A stretch of DNA of 64,000 bases from positions 1 to 64,000 of the forward strand of contig JBCCQY010000028.1 in assembly GCA_039208735.1 (NCBI GenBank). Direction: 5' to 3'. This DNA is from Myxococcota bacterium (GTDB lineage Bacteria; Myxococcota_A; UBA796; GCA-2862545). Positions within the stretch are counted from its first letter, which is position 1, and every line of letters starts with the position of its first letter. Shown here in pieces: positions 20,268 to 29,471 of the stretch. Below the pieces are notes generated by a model, which saw only the letters and a program-made list of their open reading frames with translations, was not told the origin of the DNA and ran no database searches. Position numbers and translations under genes: made by a program.

Positions 20268-22259
20268 GTGAAGCTCGAGATCGGCCAGGTCATCCACAAC
20301 TTCGTGATCGAGCGGGTGTTGGGGTCGGGCGGGACGGCCATCGTCTACCTCGTCCGCGACCGGCACGAGGGCTCCTACCATGCCCTCAAAGTGCTCACGG
20401 TCAGCTCCCCCGCCATTCGTGAACGGATGCGACGCGAGGGGGAGGTCCAATCGGCCCTCCACCACCCCAACATTGTGCCGGTGCGGGATGTCGTCGATCT
20501 CGAAGGCTCCCCCGCCCTGGTCATGGAGTACGTCGAGGGGCCATCGCTCGACGCTGCGTTGCGGCGTTACCGCCTGACCCTGACCGACGCTGAACTGTTG
20601 TTCGGCGGCATCCTGGCCGGCGTGCAGGCGGCTCACGAATCGGAGCTGGTGCACCGCGACCTGAAGCCAGCCAATGTGTTGCTCGCCAGCACCGTCGAAG
20701 GGTTCGTGCCCAAGGTGACGGACTTTGGGCTCGCCAAGATCATGATCGACATTCCCGGGCTCGCCCATACGCGCGCCGGGATTTCGATGGGCACCCCTTC
20801 CTACATGGCTCCCGAGCAGATCCGCGACGCCGGCAGCGTCGATCGGCGCGCCGACCTGTGGTCGTTGGGCTGCCTGTTGTACGAGTTGATGACCCGGCGA
20901 CGGGCGTTTCCCGGCGAAGAAGCCCTGGCGATTTACAACAACGTCGTCGACGCAACGTACATCCCCCCACGCGAATGGGTCCCCGAGCTGCCCGACCGGG
21001 TCCACGATGCCATCTTGGGCTGCCTTCAGCTGGACCCGAGCGATCGCATCCCCGATTGTTCTACGTTGCTCGACGTGCTTCAGGGCAAGCTCGAGTGGGA
21101 AACCCAAACTACGGTGCTCAAACGGCCCGCCTGGCTCCTCGAAGGCGACTCCACCGAAGACCCACTGCCCGGTCTTCCCGACCGCTTTTCGAACCAGGGA
21201 CCTGACGTTCCTCCGTTGGGCACCTCGGTTGGGGGCGAGCTTGTGCTCGAGTCCCCAGGGGAACCGGCGGAGGTCACCCTCCCGGTCATCCCCACCACCC
21301 AGATGGGCCTCGAGGCCTCCGATCTCATCACCGACGATGACATTGCTCCGCCCATCGCCGCAGTGGTTCAAGCCCAGACCACAGGGCACGACGAACGCCG
21401 AAGCGCCTTTGACGATGAAATTCCCACCGTTGCGGTACGTCTCGAACCCATTCCTACGGGCGAACTGCCCTCTCGAGCCCCTCGCAGCCGGGTGTCCTCC
21501 CAGCCCTTCGAACGGCCTCCATCACGGCGTGGCCCCCGCCTGCCCGTGCTCTTTGGGGCCACCGCCGCGATCGTCTTGCTGTCGGCGGTTGCGATTGGCG
21601 CGTCGGCCAGCGTGATCAACATGGTGCTGTCCGACGAGGCGCCCCAAGAAGTCAGCTCGGCCATCGTCGAACCCCCCCCGCCGCCCGCGTCACCGACCGT
21701 CGCCCCTAAACCCGCTCCCATCGGGGTGAAGCGCCCTACGCCAGAGCACGCCAATGCGGCGATGGTCACCACGAATCCGGCCCCTCCAAAGGCCAAGGCA
21801 ACGCCGAAGCCCCCCATTGCCACGCCGGCCCTCGAGTCCAAACCTGAGCCTCAACCTGTGGTCGCTCCTGCGCCACCGGTCGCGCCCGCTCCCCCGGCCC
21901 CTGAACCGCTGAGCGCCAAGGTCGCGCCCGTGCCAGAGCCTGAAAGCAACGGCATCGCGTCGATCGAAGGGGTTCAGGTGCGAGGGTCCATGCGCGTCGC
22001 ACAGGAGGCCGGCAGTGCCGAGCCTATCTCCCTTGAAGTTCGCTTTTTGTCCAACCCGTTGGCCGCCCTGGTGTTCGTCGATGGCCGTCCGGTCGGGCGC
22101 ACCCCCAAGAAGCTCGAGCTGACCCGTGGCACCTACGACATTCGAATGGAAAGTGGTGACGACGTAGGACGATTCTCGGTCGCCGTCGCTCCTGGCCAAA
22201 ACGCGATGTTCTGCTACAAGTTTGCCGACGGACAGCAGTACGACGGGCGTTGCCCCTGA
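20268..22259 (+). CDS. Hanks-type Ser/Thr protein kinase with TM, Pro-rich linker and C-terminal PEGA-like domain
   Basis: LGSGGTAIVY, HRDLKPANV, DFG, GTPSYMAPEQ; SNPLAALVFVDGRPVGRTP. Confidence 0.93.
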   Translation: MKLEIGQVIHNFVIERVLGSGGTAIVYLVRDRHEGSYHALKVLTVSSPAIRERMRREGEVQSALHHPNIVPVRDVVDLEGSPALVMEYVEGPSLDAALRRYRLTLTDAELLFGGILAGVQAAHESELVHRDLKPANVLLASTVEGFVPKVTDFGLAKIMIDIPGLAHTRAGISMGTPSYMAPEQIRDAGSVDRRADLWSLGCLLYELMTRRRAFPGEEALAIYNNVVDATYIPPREWVPELPDRVHDAILGCLQLDPSDRIPDCSTLLDVLQGKLEWETQTTVLKRPAWLLEGDSTEDPLPGLPDRFSNQGPDVPPLGTSVGGELVLESPGEPAEVTLPVIPTTQMGLEASDLITDDDIAPPIAAVVQAQTTGHDERRSAFDDEIPTVAVRLEPIPTGELPSRAPRSRVSSQPFERPPSRRGPRLPVLFGATAAIVLLSAVAIGASASVINMVLSDEAPQEVSSAIVEPPPPPASPTVAPKPAPIGVKRPTPEHANAAMVTTNPAPPKAKATPKPPIATPALESKPEPQPVVAPAPPVAPAPPAPEPLSAKVAPVPEPESNGIASIEGVQVRGSMRVAQEAGSAEPISLEVRFLSNPLAALVFVDGRPVGRTPKKLELTRGTYDIRMESGDDVGRFSVAVAPGQNAMFCYKFADGQQYDGRCP

Positions 22260-22288
22260 GGCGCAGAACGGGGTAAGACCGCTGGGCC

Positions 22289-23251
22289 ATGATGTTTTGG
22301 TTCTTCGTCGAAGCGGCCTTTGCCCAAGGATGCCCCGATATCTCCGGCCTCGTGAGGTCGGCATGGTCCGCCTACGAGATTGCCGAGCTTGACCAAGCGC
22401 GCAGCGCCTTGGCCGAGGCGGGTGACGCGCTGTCCTGTCAAAACAGCATCGTCCGTCGAGAGACGTTGCTCGACCTGTTTCGCCTCACCGCTCAGGTCGC
22501 GCTGACGCTCGAAAACGAGCCGCGAATGGTGGCGGCGCTCGAGCGCGCCGTGGCGGTGGATCCGCGGCCAGACGCGCGGCCAGGGGCGCCCTACTCGCCC
22601 GAACTGGTCGCAGAATGGGATGTCATCGCCAAACGCGCCCGCCAGACGCTTGTGCAGGTCGAGGTGACGGGCGTAGGGGTGGTGTATGTCGACGGCCGGC
22701 TCACCGACGCGCCAAACCCGCTGTTCGTCACCCGAGGCCTGCATCTCGTTCAAACGCCGCTGGCCCGGGGCTTTCGCTCCGAAGTCGTGCTGGTGTCCGG
22801 CGACTACGTCATCGCGACGCCTGGAGGGGCGTCCGGTGCGGTCCCTCCCACCTCCCCACCCAACATTGACGCCTTGCGCCCCGCTCCGATCACGCCGCCC
22901 CCCACCGTCAGAACCGAGCCAAACCGGAGCCGCCGACGCCGCGGCATCATCGCCGGCACGGCGGGCGCCTTTTTCGGCGCCGCGGCCGCATTCACGCTTG
23001 GGTCTGCGGCGATAAGCGAACGCTCGTTCCAAAACTCGTCCTACAACGGTCCTGTGGTGCCGTTCTACGAGATCGAACGCGGAGATCCGCGCTACGAAGA
23101 GGCCCGGCGCCGAATCATCGAGTTTGATGCCGGCAATATCAATCTGCTCTACGGCATCGGCTACGGCTCCGCCGTGCTCAGCGGAAGCCTCCTCACGGTG
23201 GCGTTGGCTCCGTCGAAGCGGGCTCGGGCGGTTCAGGCAACGACGCGTTGA
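22289..23251 (+). CDS. Secreted/membrane protein with helical N-domain and PEGA-like segment (kinase partner)
   Basis: Short signal MMFWFFVEAAFA; VYVDGRL...GLHLVQ; C-terminal hydrophobic segments; directly downstream of the kinase. Confidence 0.55.
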   Translation: MMFWFFVEAAFAQGCPDISGLVRSAWSAYEIAELDQARSALAEAGDALSCQNSIVRRETLLDLFRLTAQVALTLENEPRMVAALERAVAVDPRPDARPGAPYSPELVAEWDVIAKRARQTLVQVEVTGVGVVYVDGRLTDAPNPLFVTRGLHLVQTPLARGFRSEVVLVSGDYVIATPGGASGAVPPTSPPNIDALRPAPITPPPTVRTEPNRSRRRRGIIAGTAGAFFGAAAAFTLGSAAISERSFQNSSYNGPVVPFYEIERGDPRYEEARRRIIEFDAGNINLLYGIGYGSAVLSGSLLTVALAPSKRARAVQATTR

Positions 23252-23693
23252 CGGCCGCCGCAACCCACGTGGCGGCCTCCGGCTCGAGGTGCTCGAGCGT
23301 GCCCAAGATGCGCCCCCCGTGGCCTCGCAGCTCGAGCGTCGATCCGTCCGCTACGCAAGATTCGATCTGTTCCCAAGAAAACCGCTCTCCAGCCCAGGAC
23401 AGGCTGTGGGCTTCTCCTTGGACCTCGGCCGGAAAGAACGCCGCGCCGGCCGACAACGCATAGAGCAGTCCGCCAAACAGAATGCTGCCCCCGATGATGG
23501 GCGCATGGCTGCCTTCCGCCGAAGCCATCACTTGGGCGATCACAAACCCGACCAGCCCAAAGCCCACCATCACGGCAAAGGCCATCGCGAGGTTGAAGGC
23601 TGGAGCCGGACTTAGGCGCACGAAGAAGCCATCGTCGAGCGGGCGAACGACGAGGCCACGCGAAGGAGGAGGACCCGGATCGATGCGTGCCAT
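23193..23693 (-). CDS. Hypothetical two-TM membrane protein
   Basis: 166-aa ORF starting just downstream of flhB, with two hydrophobic helices. Confidence 0.55.
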   Translation of the reverse strand: MARIDPGPPPSRGLVVRPLDDGFFVRLSPAPAFNLAMAFAVMVGFGLVGFVIAQVMASAEGSHAPIIGGSILFGGLLYALSAGAAFFPAEVQGEAHSLSWAGERFSWEQIESCVADGSTLELRGHGGRILGTLEHLEPEAATWVAAAVNASLPEPPEPASTEPTPP

Positions 23694-23705
23694 GGCGCGT
23701 GCGTA

Positions 23706-24791
23706 TCACTCGGTTCGGGTGGTGTTTCGTTGCTGCCGACGGCGGAACACCACCGCAAGCACCTTCGCCACCGGCACGAACAAGTCGGTGGGCACCGCAT
23801 CCCCCACTTCACAACGCTTGTAGAGCGCCCGGGCGAGGGGTCGGTTTTGGATACGGGGTACCGCGGCCTTCCGGGCTTCGCTGCGGATGCGCGCCGCAAG
23901 ATGGTCGGCGCCCTTGCACAGCACCTTGGGCGCTTCGTCGTGGGCCCGGTCGTACTTGAGCGCGACCGCGAGGTGGGTGGGGTTGGTGACCACGACGTCG
24001 GCATCACGGACCGCATTGAGGCTGATGGCGAGCGCAATCTTTCGAGCGCGTTGACGACGAAATGCCTTGAACCGAGGATCTCCCTCTTGTTCCTTCTGGT
24101 CGTCCCGAAGTTCACGATCCGTTCGCTTGAGCTGCTCGAGCGTCCGCTGGTAGCTCGCGGCATAGTCGATAGCCGCGATGACGATGATGATCGGCGCCGC
24201 GGCCAAGACGGCCGACCAACCTAAGTCCACGAGCAGCTGAAGCAACTGGCCGACCGTCAGCGTCGCGGCCCGAGGCAATGCCGCGATCTTCGGCCACAAC
24301 GCGAGGAGGACGGTCGCACCAATCACCAAGATCTTCGCCACACCCTTGGCGAGCTCGAGCAAGGGGGTCCACGACAGATACGTCTGCTGAAACCCTGAAA
24401 CGACGTCGAGCCGCTCCCATTTCGGCTCCAACGCCTTGGGCGCCAGTTGCAGTCGCGACTGGGCAATGCTGGCCAGCGTCGAGGCAACAAGCGAGGCCGC
24501 CAACGGCACCGAAATGCTCAAAGCCAACAACACGAGCGCTTCATTCAGCAGCCCGTGCGCTCCGGTCAAGGTCAGGTTGTAGGGACCTTTGCCGTCGAAC
24601 CAGGTGACGGACGCCCGTACGAAGGCGTCGTGGACGGGGCCCGGGAACAACACCCACGCGGCCGCAGCCGAAATGACGACCGCCGCGGCATTGACGTCCG
24701 CCGACCGAGGCATTTGCCCCTTTTCAGCCGCCTCACGCCACTTCTTCTCACCGGGGTCGTGTTTCCGGTCACCCGCGTCCTCGTCGGCCAT
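23706..24791 (-). CDS. flhB: Flagellar export substrate-switch protein FlhB
   Basis: Four TM segments; EGDPRFK; VVVTNPTHLAVAL autocleavage motif; follows fliR. Confidence 0.92.
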   Translation of the reverse strand: MADEDAGDRKHDPGEKKWREAAEKGQMPRSADVNAAAVVISAAAAWVLFPGPVHDAFVRASVTWFDGKGPYNLTLTGAHGLLNEALVLLALSISVPLAASLVASTLASIAQSRLQLAPKALEPKWERLDVVSGFQQTYLSWTPLLELAKGVAKILVIGATVLLALWPKIAALPRAATLTVGQLLQLLVDLGWSAVLAAAPIIIVIAAIDYAASYQRTLEQLKRTDRELRDDQKEQEGDPRFKAFRRQRARKIALAISLNAVRDADVVVTNPTHLAVALKYDRAHDEAPKVLCKGADHLAARIRSEARKAAVPRIQNRPLARALYKRCEVGDAVPTDLFVPVAKVLAVVFRRRQQRNTTRTE

Positions 24792-25547
24792 CTACATCCC
24801 AAGCCAGCTTGGGAAGGCCGCGATGATCTTCTTCATCGCATCGGCATGGAGGGTGAGGATCCACGGGAGCGATAGCCAGAACAGCGTCATGCCACCGATC
24901 GTCGTCGCCGTGAGGCCGATGGAAAAGAAGACGTTCATGCGGGGGGCCAGCCGGGCGAGAATCGCCACGAGCACATTCACCACGAACACCATGGCCAACA
25001 TCGGCCCCGCGAGCTGCACTCCGAGCGTGAAGTGCCACCCCACCGTGGCGATGATGGCCTGTGGCAGGTCAGGAGACGGCGCAAGGTGACCCGGAGGCAC
25101 CTTGGTGAAGCTGTCAGCCAGCATCTGCAGGACATACAGGTGAAGGCCCATCCCCAAAAAGACCATGCCCGACAGCCACGATGCCACGGTACCCACCATC
25201 GTCGACGTTTGGACCTGCAAGGGGTCGAACATCGTGGCCATCGCGAGGCCCGTCTGCATGCTCATCAGTTCCGCAGCGAGCGACAACGACTGGAAAATCG
25301 CCCGAATGCCCAGCGTCGTCAGAAAGCCGTAGAGCACCTCCACCCCCACGAGCACGATGACCGCATCGAGGGTGGCGGGGGCGGCCGTGATGGGAAGCGT
25401 GGGCAAAATCAGTATCGTCACGCCGACGGTGACCAACACGATGGCCTGGCGGGGCGTGCCCAGCGTCGAGAAGATGGGCAGTCCCGCCACCACGGCCGCC
25501 AATCGGCTGAACGCGAGCACCAGGGTGAAGACGGCATCCGCCAGCAT
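24792..25547 (-). CDS. fliR: Flagellar export protein FliR
   Basis: Multi-TM; AAELMSMQTGLAMATMFDP; ARLAPRMNVF. Confidence 0.92.
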   Translation of the reverse strand: MLADAVFTLVLAFSRLAAVVAGLPIFSTLGTPRQAIVLVTVGVTILILPTLPITAAPATLDAVIVLVGVEVLYGFLTTLGIRAIFQSLSLAAELMSMQTGLAMATMFDPLQVQTSTMVGTVASWLSGMVFLGMGLHLYVLQMLADSFTKVPPGHLAPSPDLPQAIIATVGWHFTLGVQLAGPMLAMVFVVNVLVAILARLAPRMNVFFSIGLTATTIGGMTLFWLSLPWILTLHADAMKKIIAAFPSWLGM

Positions 25548-25550
25548 GGG

Positions 25551-25814
25551 TCAGCCGACAGGAATCGACAAGAACATTTGCTGAGCGAAGGTCACCGCGA
25601 CCTGGAGCATCCATCCGCCCGCTACGGCGACGACCAACATGGCAGCCAGAATCTTCGGAACGAAGACGAGGGTGACTTCCTGCACCTGGGTCACCGCCTG
25701 CAGCACGCTAATCACCGTACCAACCACCAAACTTGCAAGGAGCAGCGGTCCCGCCACGTAGAGCATGGCGAGCAATGCGGATTGTCCTAGGGCTACGGCC
25801 CCTTCGATGGTCAT
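25551..25814 (-). CDS. fliQ: Flagellar export protein FliQ
   Basis: SVLQAVTQVQEVTLVFVPKI motif; 87 aa. Confidence 0.95.
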   Translation of the reverse strand: MTIEGAVALGQSALLAMLYVAGPLLLASLVVGTVISVLQAVTQVQEVTLVFVPKILAAMLVVAVAGGWMLQVAVTFAQQMFLSIPVG

Positions 25815-26560
25815 CGAATGCCTCCCACCATGCCGGCAACAAGCAGCCCCCAGCCATCCATCAACACGAACACCAGCAGCTTGAAGGGCAGTGACACCAC
25901 GACGGGAGGCAACATCATCATGCCCATCCCAAGGAGGACGCTGGCCACCACGAGGTCAACCACGAGGAAGGGCAGGTAAACCTTCACGGCGATGGTGAAG
26001 GCGGTTCGCAGCTCCGACAGCACAAATCCGGTCACCACCACGGGCGTCGGAATGTCGTCGAGGGTCTCGGGACGTGCCTGTCGGGCGAGCTTCATGGCCG
26101 CAGCAAGGTCGTCTCGGGCCACATTCTTGAGCATGAACGACCGCATCGGACCCATCGCCTTGGGATAGCTCTCCTCGATCGACGCTTGCCCTGAAATGAA
26201 GGGATGAATCCCCTCAGACCACGCCTTCTGTGTCGTCGGCTGCATGACGGTCATCGTCAGCACGAGCGACAAGCCAATCAGCACCTGGTTCGGCGGAGAT
26301 TGCTGAAGGCCCAATGCCTGACGCAGCAGCGAAAACACGATGATGAATCGCGTGAACGGCGTCATGGCCAAGATGACCCCAGGCAACAGCGTCAACGCGG
26401 TGAGCGTGAGCACCAGCCGGACGCTCATCGAAGCCGCCTCGGGCGCCGCGTCGGAGGCGACGCCCACGAGCGCGTCCCCCACCGATGGCTCCGCGGCGTG
26501 CGCCGGTCCCGCGACCAGCCACACGGCGAGCATCAACCCTAAACATCGCAGTAACGGCAA
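25811..26560 (-). CDS. fliP: Flagellar export protein FliP
   Basis: FTRFIIVFSLLRQALGLQQSPPNQVL; GMMMLPPVVVSLPFKLLVFVLMDGW. Confidence 0.95.
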   Translation of the reverse strand: MPLLRCLGLMLAVWLVAGPAHAAEPSVGDALVGVASDAAPEAASMSVRLVLTLTALTLLPGVILAMTPFTRFIIVFSLLRQALGLQQSPPNQVLIGLSLVLTMTVMQPTTQKAWSEGIHPFISGQASIEESYPKAMGPMRSFMLKNVARDDLAAAMKLARQARPETLDDIPTPVVVTGFVLSELRTAFTIAVKVYLPFLVVDLVVASVLLGMGMMMLPPVVVSLPFKLLVFVLMDGWGLLVAGMVGGIR

Positions 26561-26621
26561 ACCCGCCCTCCGCGTCCACCATCGGTCGCCGGAGGCCTGC
26601 GTTGAGCCGCGGTCGCTCGCC

Positions 26622-26987
26622 TTAGTCGGCTAGATGCTCTTCCATATCGGCCAGGAGCTGACGAGCGGGGCCCGTACGATTGTTACGAATGCACTTCTTG
26701 TAGGCCTTCCAGAGGTCGGCGAGGAAGGTGTCTTCGGTGAGCCGATGTTCATCTGGGTTCGGGTCGGTCGTGGGCAAATCGACCCCCGCGATGCACCGAC
26801 GACTGTGAAGGTTCTTCACGGCCGAGAGGAACAGTCGAACCGCTTCAGGCTCACCTCGGCGCTCCAGCTCGAGAAAAGTCTGCCAAGCCACACTCTCGGG
26901 GAGCGTGCCATCGTCCGTTCGAATCACCCGAATCTGCCGGATGAGGTCCCTCGATGTGCTCGCATCATCGACCAGCGACCGGACCAT
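26622..26987 (-). CDS. Hypothetical protein immediately upstream of fliP
   Basis: 121-aa ORF with a GGAGG RBS and ordinary globular composition. Confidence 0.6.
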   Translation of the reverse strand: MVRSLVDDASTSRDLIRQIRVIRTDDGTLPESVAWQTFLELERRGEPEAVRLFLSAVKNLHSRRCIAGVDLPTTDPNPDEHRLTEDTFLADLWKAYKKCIRNNRTGPARQLLADMEEHLAD

Positions 26988-27093
26988 GAACCCTCCATTC
27001 TCTCGTTCACACGCCTATGGCTCCACTTTTGTGGTACGCCACCCCCGCGGGGCGGGTAAGTTAACACGTTGGGGTCCAAACCCCGGAGAGTCC

Positions 27094-28338
27094 GTGATTG
27101 CCTGGCTCCTCGCCTGTGGGCCCAAAGTCGACATCGGCCCCGTCCCCGTCGAAACGTGGGCCTCCCCGGCACCCGTGGTTCACGTAAACACTACGAATGA
27201 CCCCGACATTCACCTTCTGGCAATGGTGCGGGCAGGTTCGGGGTTCGACCCTATCGGAGAAGAAGGGTTGGCCTGGCTGGTCGCCCACGCTCTGCCCGCT
27301 CCCCTCGAGGTGAGCGTCGATACCGAATGGGTCACCGCACGCCTGCGATGTCCTCGTAGCGAAGCGTCTCGCTGCATCGCAACCTTCGCCGAGGCCGTTA
27401 CAACCCCTCGCTTCGAGGACTGGTCCACGCTGCAGCAGGCCGCCCTGACGCGCATCGAAACGCCCTCTTCGTTGGCCGACGAGGTCCTTCACGCCGTGCT
27501 GTTCGAGGGCCATCGCACCGGCCACCCGGGGGCCGGGCGCTCCGGCGTGGTGCCTTCGCTCACCCCCGAGCAGGGGCAATCATTCTTCGAACAGCATTAT
27601 CGTCGAGCAACCTTCGTGGCGGGAACGGCCGGAGCCGAAGCCGAAGCCTGGGCGGACGCCCTCGCCGAGGCCCTGCTCGTCATCCCCAGCGGCCCCCCAG
27701 CCGATGCGGCCTGGATTCGACCGCCGACCTTTGCGTCGCGCGGCCTGGTCGTGCTGCCCCCCCCGGTCGACGAAGCACCGACGGACGTTCGTGCCGGCCA
27801 AGTGCTGCGCCTCGCCCCCGACCATGCCGATTGGGTGGCTCTGCACGTGGGTGTCGCCGCCCTCGACGCGCGACTCAAGACGGCGCTAGGCCAACAGGCG
27901 TTCGCAACCCTCGACGCGGGGCCAGCCAACCCCAAGGACCCCACGCGCGTGCGTCGCACAGTGACGCTTCGGGTCGGCGCCAGCGCGATTGGAAACTCGC
28001 TTGAGATGTTGGACGTGCTCGTGTCGCAGGTGGAGCGATGGCACGAACAAGGCCTTGGGGACGCCGAGTTCACACGCATCCGAGACAATCTGCCGGCGGC
28101 GTGGACCCCTCAAACGACCGAACGTGCGCTGGCGGAAGCCGTGGCGGAACACGCCGCGGGTTGGCCGTTATGGCCTGTTTCGCCTTTGTCTTCGTTGTTG
28201 CGCGGGCAAGTCGATGGGGCCATCAAACGATGGGTGTCGCCCAACCGTTTTCAACATGTGATGGCCGGCAACCCGGAAGTCACCGATGAACGTTTCGGTG
28301 ACAATGTCGTCGAACTCCCCATGGACCCGTTTCGTTGA
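27094..28338 (+). CDS. M16 (insulinase)-like lipoprotein, probably catalytically inactive
   Basis: VRAGSGFDPIGEEGLAWL where M16 proteins carry HxxEH (absent here); FFEQHYRR; GTG start after GGAG gives MIAWLLAC. Confidence 0.65.
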   Translation: MIAWLLACGPKVDIGPVPVETWASPAPVVHVNTTNDPDIHLLAMVRAGSGFDPIGEEGLAWLVAHALPAPLEVSVDTEWVTARLRCPRSEASRCIATFAEAVTTPRFEDWSTLQQAALTRIETPSSLADEVLHAVLFEGHRTGHPGAGRSGVVPSLTPEQGQSFFEQHYRRATFVAGTAGAEAEAWADALAEALLVIPSGPPADAAWIRPPTFASRGLVVLPPPVDEAPTDVRAGQVLRLAPDHADWVALHVGVAALDARLKTALGQQAFATLDAGPANPKDPTRVRRTVTLRVGASAIGNSLEMLDVLVSQVERWHEQGLGDAEFTRIRDNLPAAWTPQTTERALAEAVAEHAAGWPLWPVSPLSSLLRGQVDGAIKRWVSPNRFQHVMAGNPEVTDERFGDNVVELPMDPFR

Positions 28339-28649
28339 TTGCACATTATTGCAAAATTCGCAAACTCGACCGAGCGACCCCGAGCAGGAGTCGGCTAATC
28401 TGACCGCGCCTTTTTTTGAGGCCCGAACGAAGTCGGCCGGGATCCCAGCCGGGCAGTATCCTGCAAACTCTCCGTGAAACGTCGATGGTGCGAAAAAGTC
28501 CCGGTGAGACGATACGCAACCGCAGGTCCGCCGGTTCGCGAGGCAATCGTTTACCCTATGCATTGCTGTCACAAAGCATCTCAGCACTGTCGTTCGCCAG
28601 GATGCGGCAGCAAGATCCTGTAAATGAACTCGCGTTGGTATTCACATAC

Positions 28650-28664
28650 TAGAACACCGTTCCA
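28650..28664. promoter_or_regulatory. Imperfect palindrome, candidate TetR operator
   Basis: TAGAAC-ACC-GTTCCA (one mismatch) about 35 bp upstream of the TetR start. Confidence 0.35.
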
Positions 28665-28699
28665 ATGACCCATCTGGCGAATCGAGGTACCCATGTCTC

Positions 28700-29302
28700 A
28701 TGCCTTCGTACCTCGACACTGACCCCCGACGTGACCGTATTCTCCAAGCCGCGCTTGTCCTCTGTCTGGAGCGCAATCCCGAGTCGGTGACCATCCAGCA
28801 GATACGCGGTCTTTCCGGCGCTTCTACCGGGAGTATTTATCACCACTTTCGCGACAAGCAGGGTCTGTTCTTTGAGTTGTTCCTGACCGCCACCCGCAAC
28901 TACCACGCGACGGTCCTTGAGGCGGTGGAGTTCGCGACGGGGCCGCGAGCGTTCGTGCGAGCCGTCGTCCGCTCCCACCTCGACTGGATGACCGAGCATA
29001 CGAGTTTGGCGAGGTTCATGCAGTCGGCTCGGCGTTCCGAACTGGTGCGAGGCGATGAGCCCGATGTCAAGGAGCAGCACCGCGACTTCGTCGATGCCGT
29101 CTGCCAGCATCTGGCCCCGTGGGTCGACGCCGAACAGATTCGTCGACTGCCGTGCGACATGACGATGGCGGTCATGCTGGGTCCCATGGAGCACTACACG
29201 GCGGAATGGCTCATGGGCCGGACGCTGACCGAACCTAGCCAGGCGTTCGGCTTGCTGTCTGAGGCAGCCTGGGAAGCGCTGCGCGTCGTTCCTTCGATTT
29301 AG
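28700..29302 (+). CDS. TetR/AcrR family transcriptional regulator
   Basis: RILQAAL...TIQQIRGLSGASTGSIYHHFRDKQGLF HTH. Confidence 0.92.
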   Translation: MPSYLDTDPRRDRILQAALVLCLERNPESVTIQQIRGLSGASTGSIYHHFRDKQGLFFELFLTATRNYHATVLEAVEFATGPRAFVRAVVRSHLDWMTEHTSLARFMQSARRSELVRGDEPDVKEQHRDFVDAVCQHLAPWVDAEQIRRLPCDMTMAVMLGPMEHYTAEWLMGRTLTEPSQAFGLLSEAAWEALRVVPSI

Positions 29303-29471
29303 GCTATTCGGAGAGCCTGCCAATTTTGGTATTCTGAACTTAATTTTTGACAATCTGTCCCACTGATTCGCACACGCGAAGCGAGCAGGTGGGATAGTTT
29401 GTGCGGAACTGCGGTGGTCACCTTCACCAGCATCCGGCACCTTGAGGACAGAACCAAGTCCTGGAGGCGCC

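Noticed and set aside
23706..26560. Non-flagellar T3SS export apparatus (SctRSTU)
   Set aside because: FliP has an N-terminal signal-like extension, and motAB/fliL/fliM/fliN/fliO are present in the window, so a flagellar assignment fits better.
26561..26621. Invertible-switch recombination site matching 54838-54900
   Set aside because: Only a 7-bp RBS-derived match, and no invertase in the window.
28380..28420. Intrinsic terminator at the T7 run
   Set aside because: No clean GC hairpin immediately before the T tract.
28440..28520. GCAAAC...GAAA...GCGAAAAAG resembling a c-di-GMP-I riboswitch
   Set aside because: I could not build the required P1/P2 pairings by eye; needs an Infernal scan.
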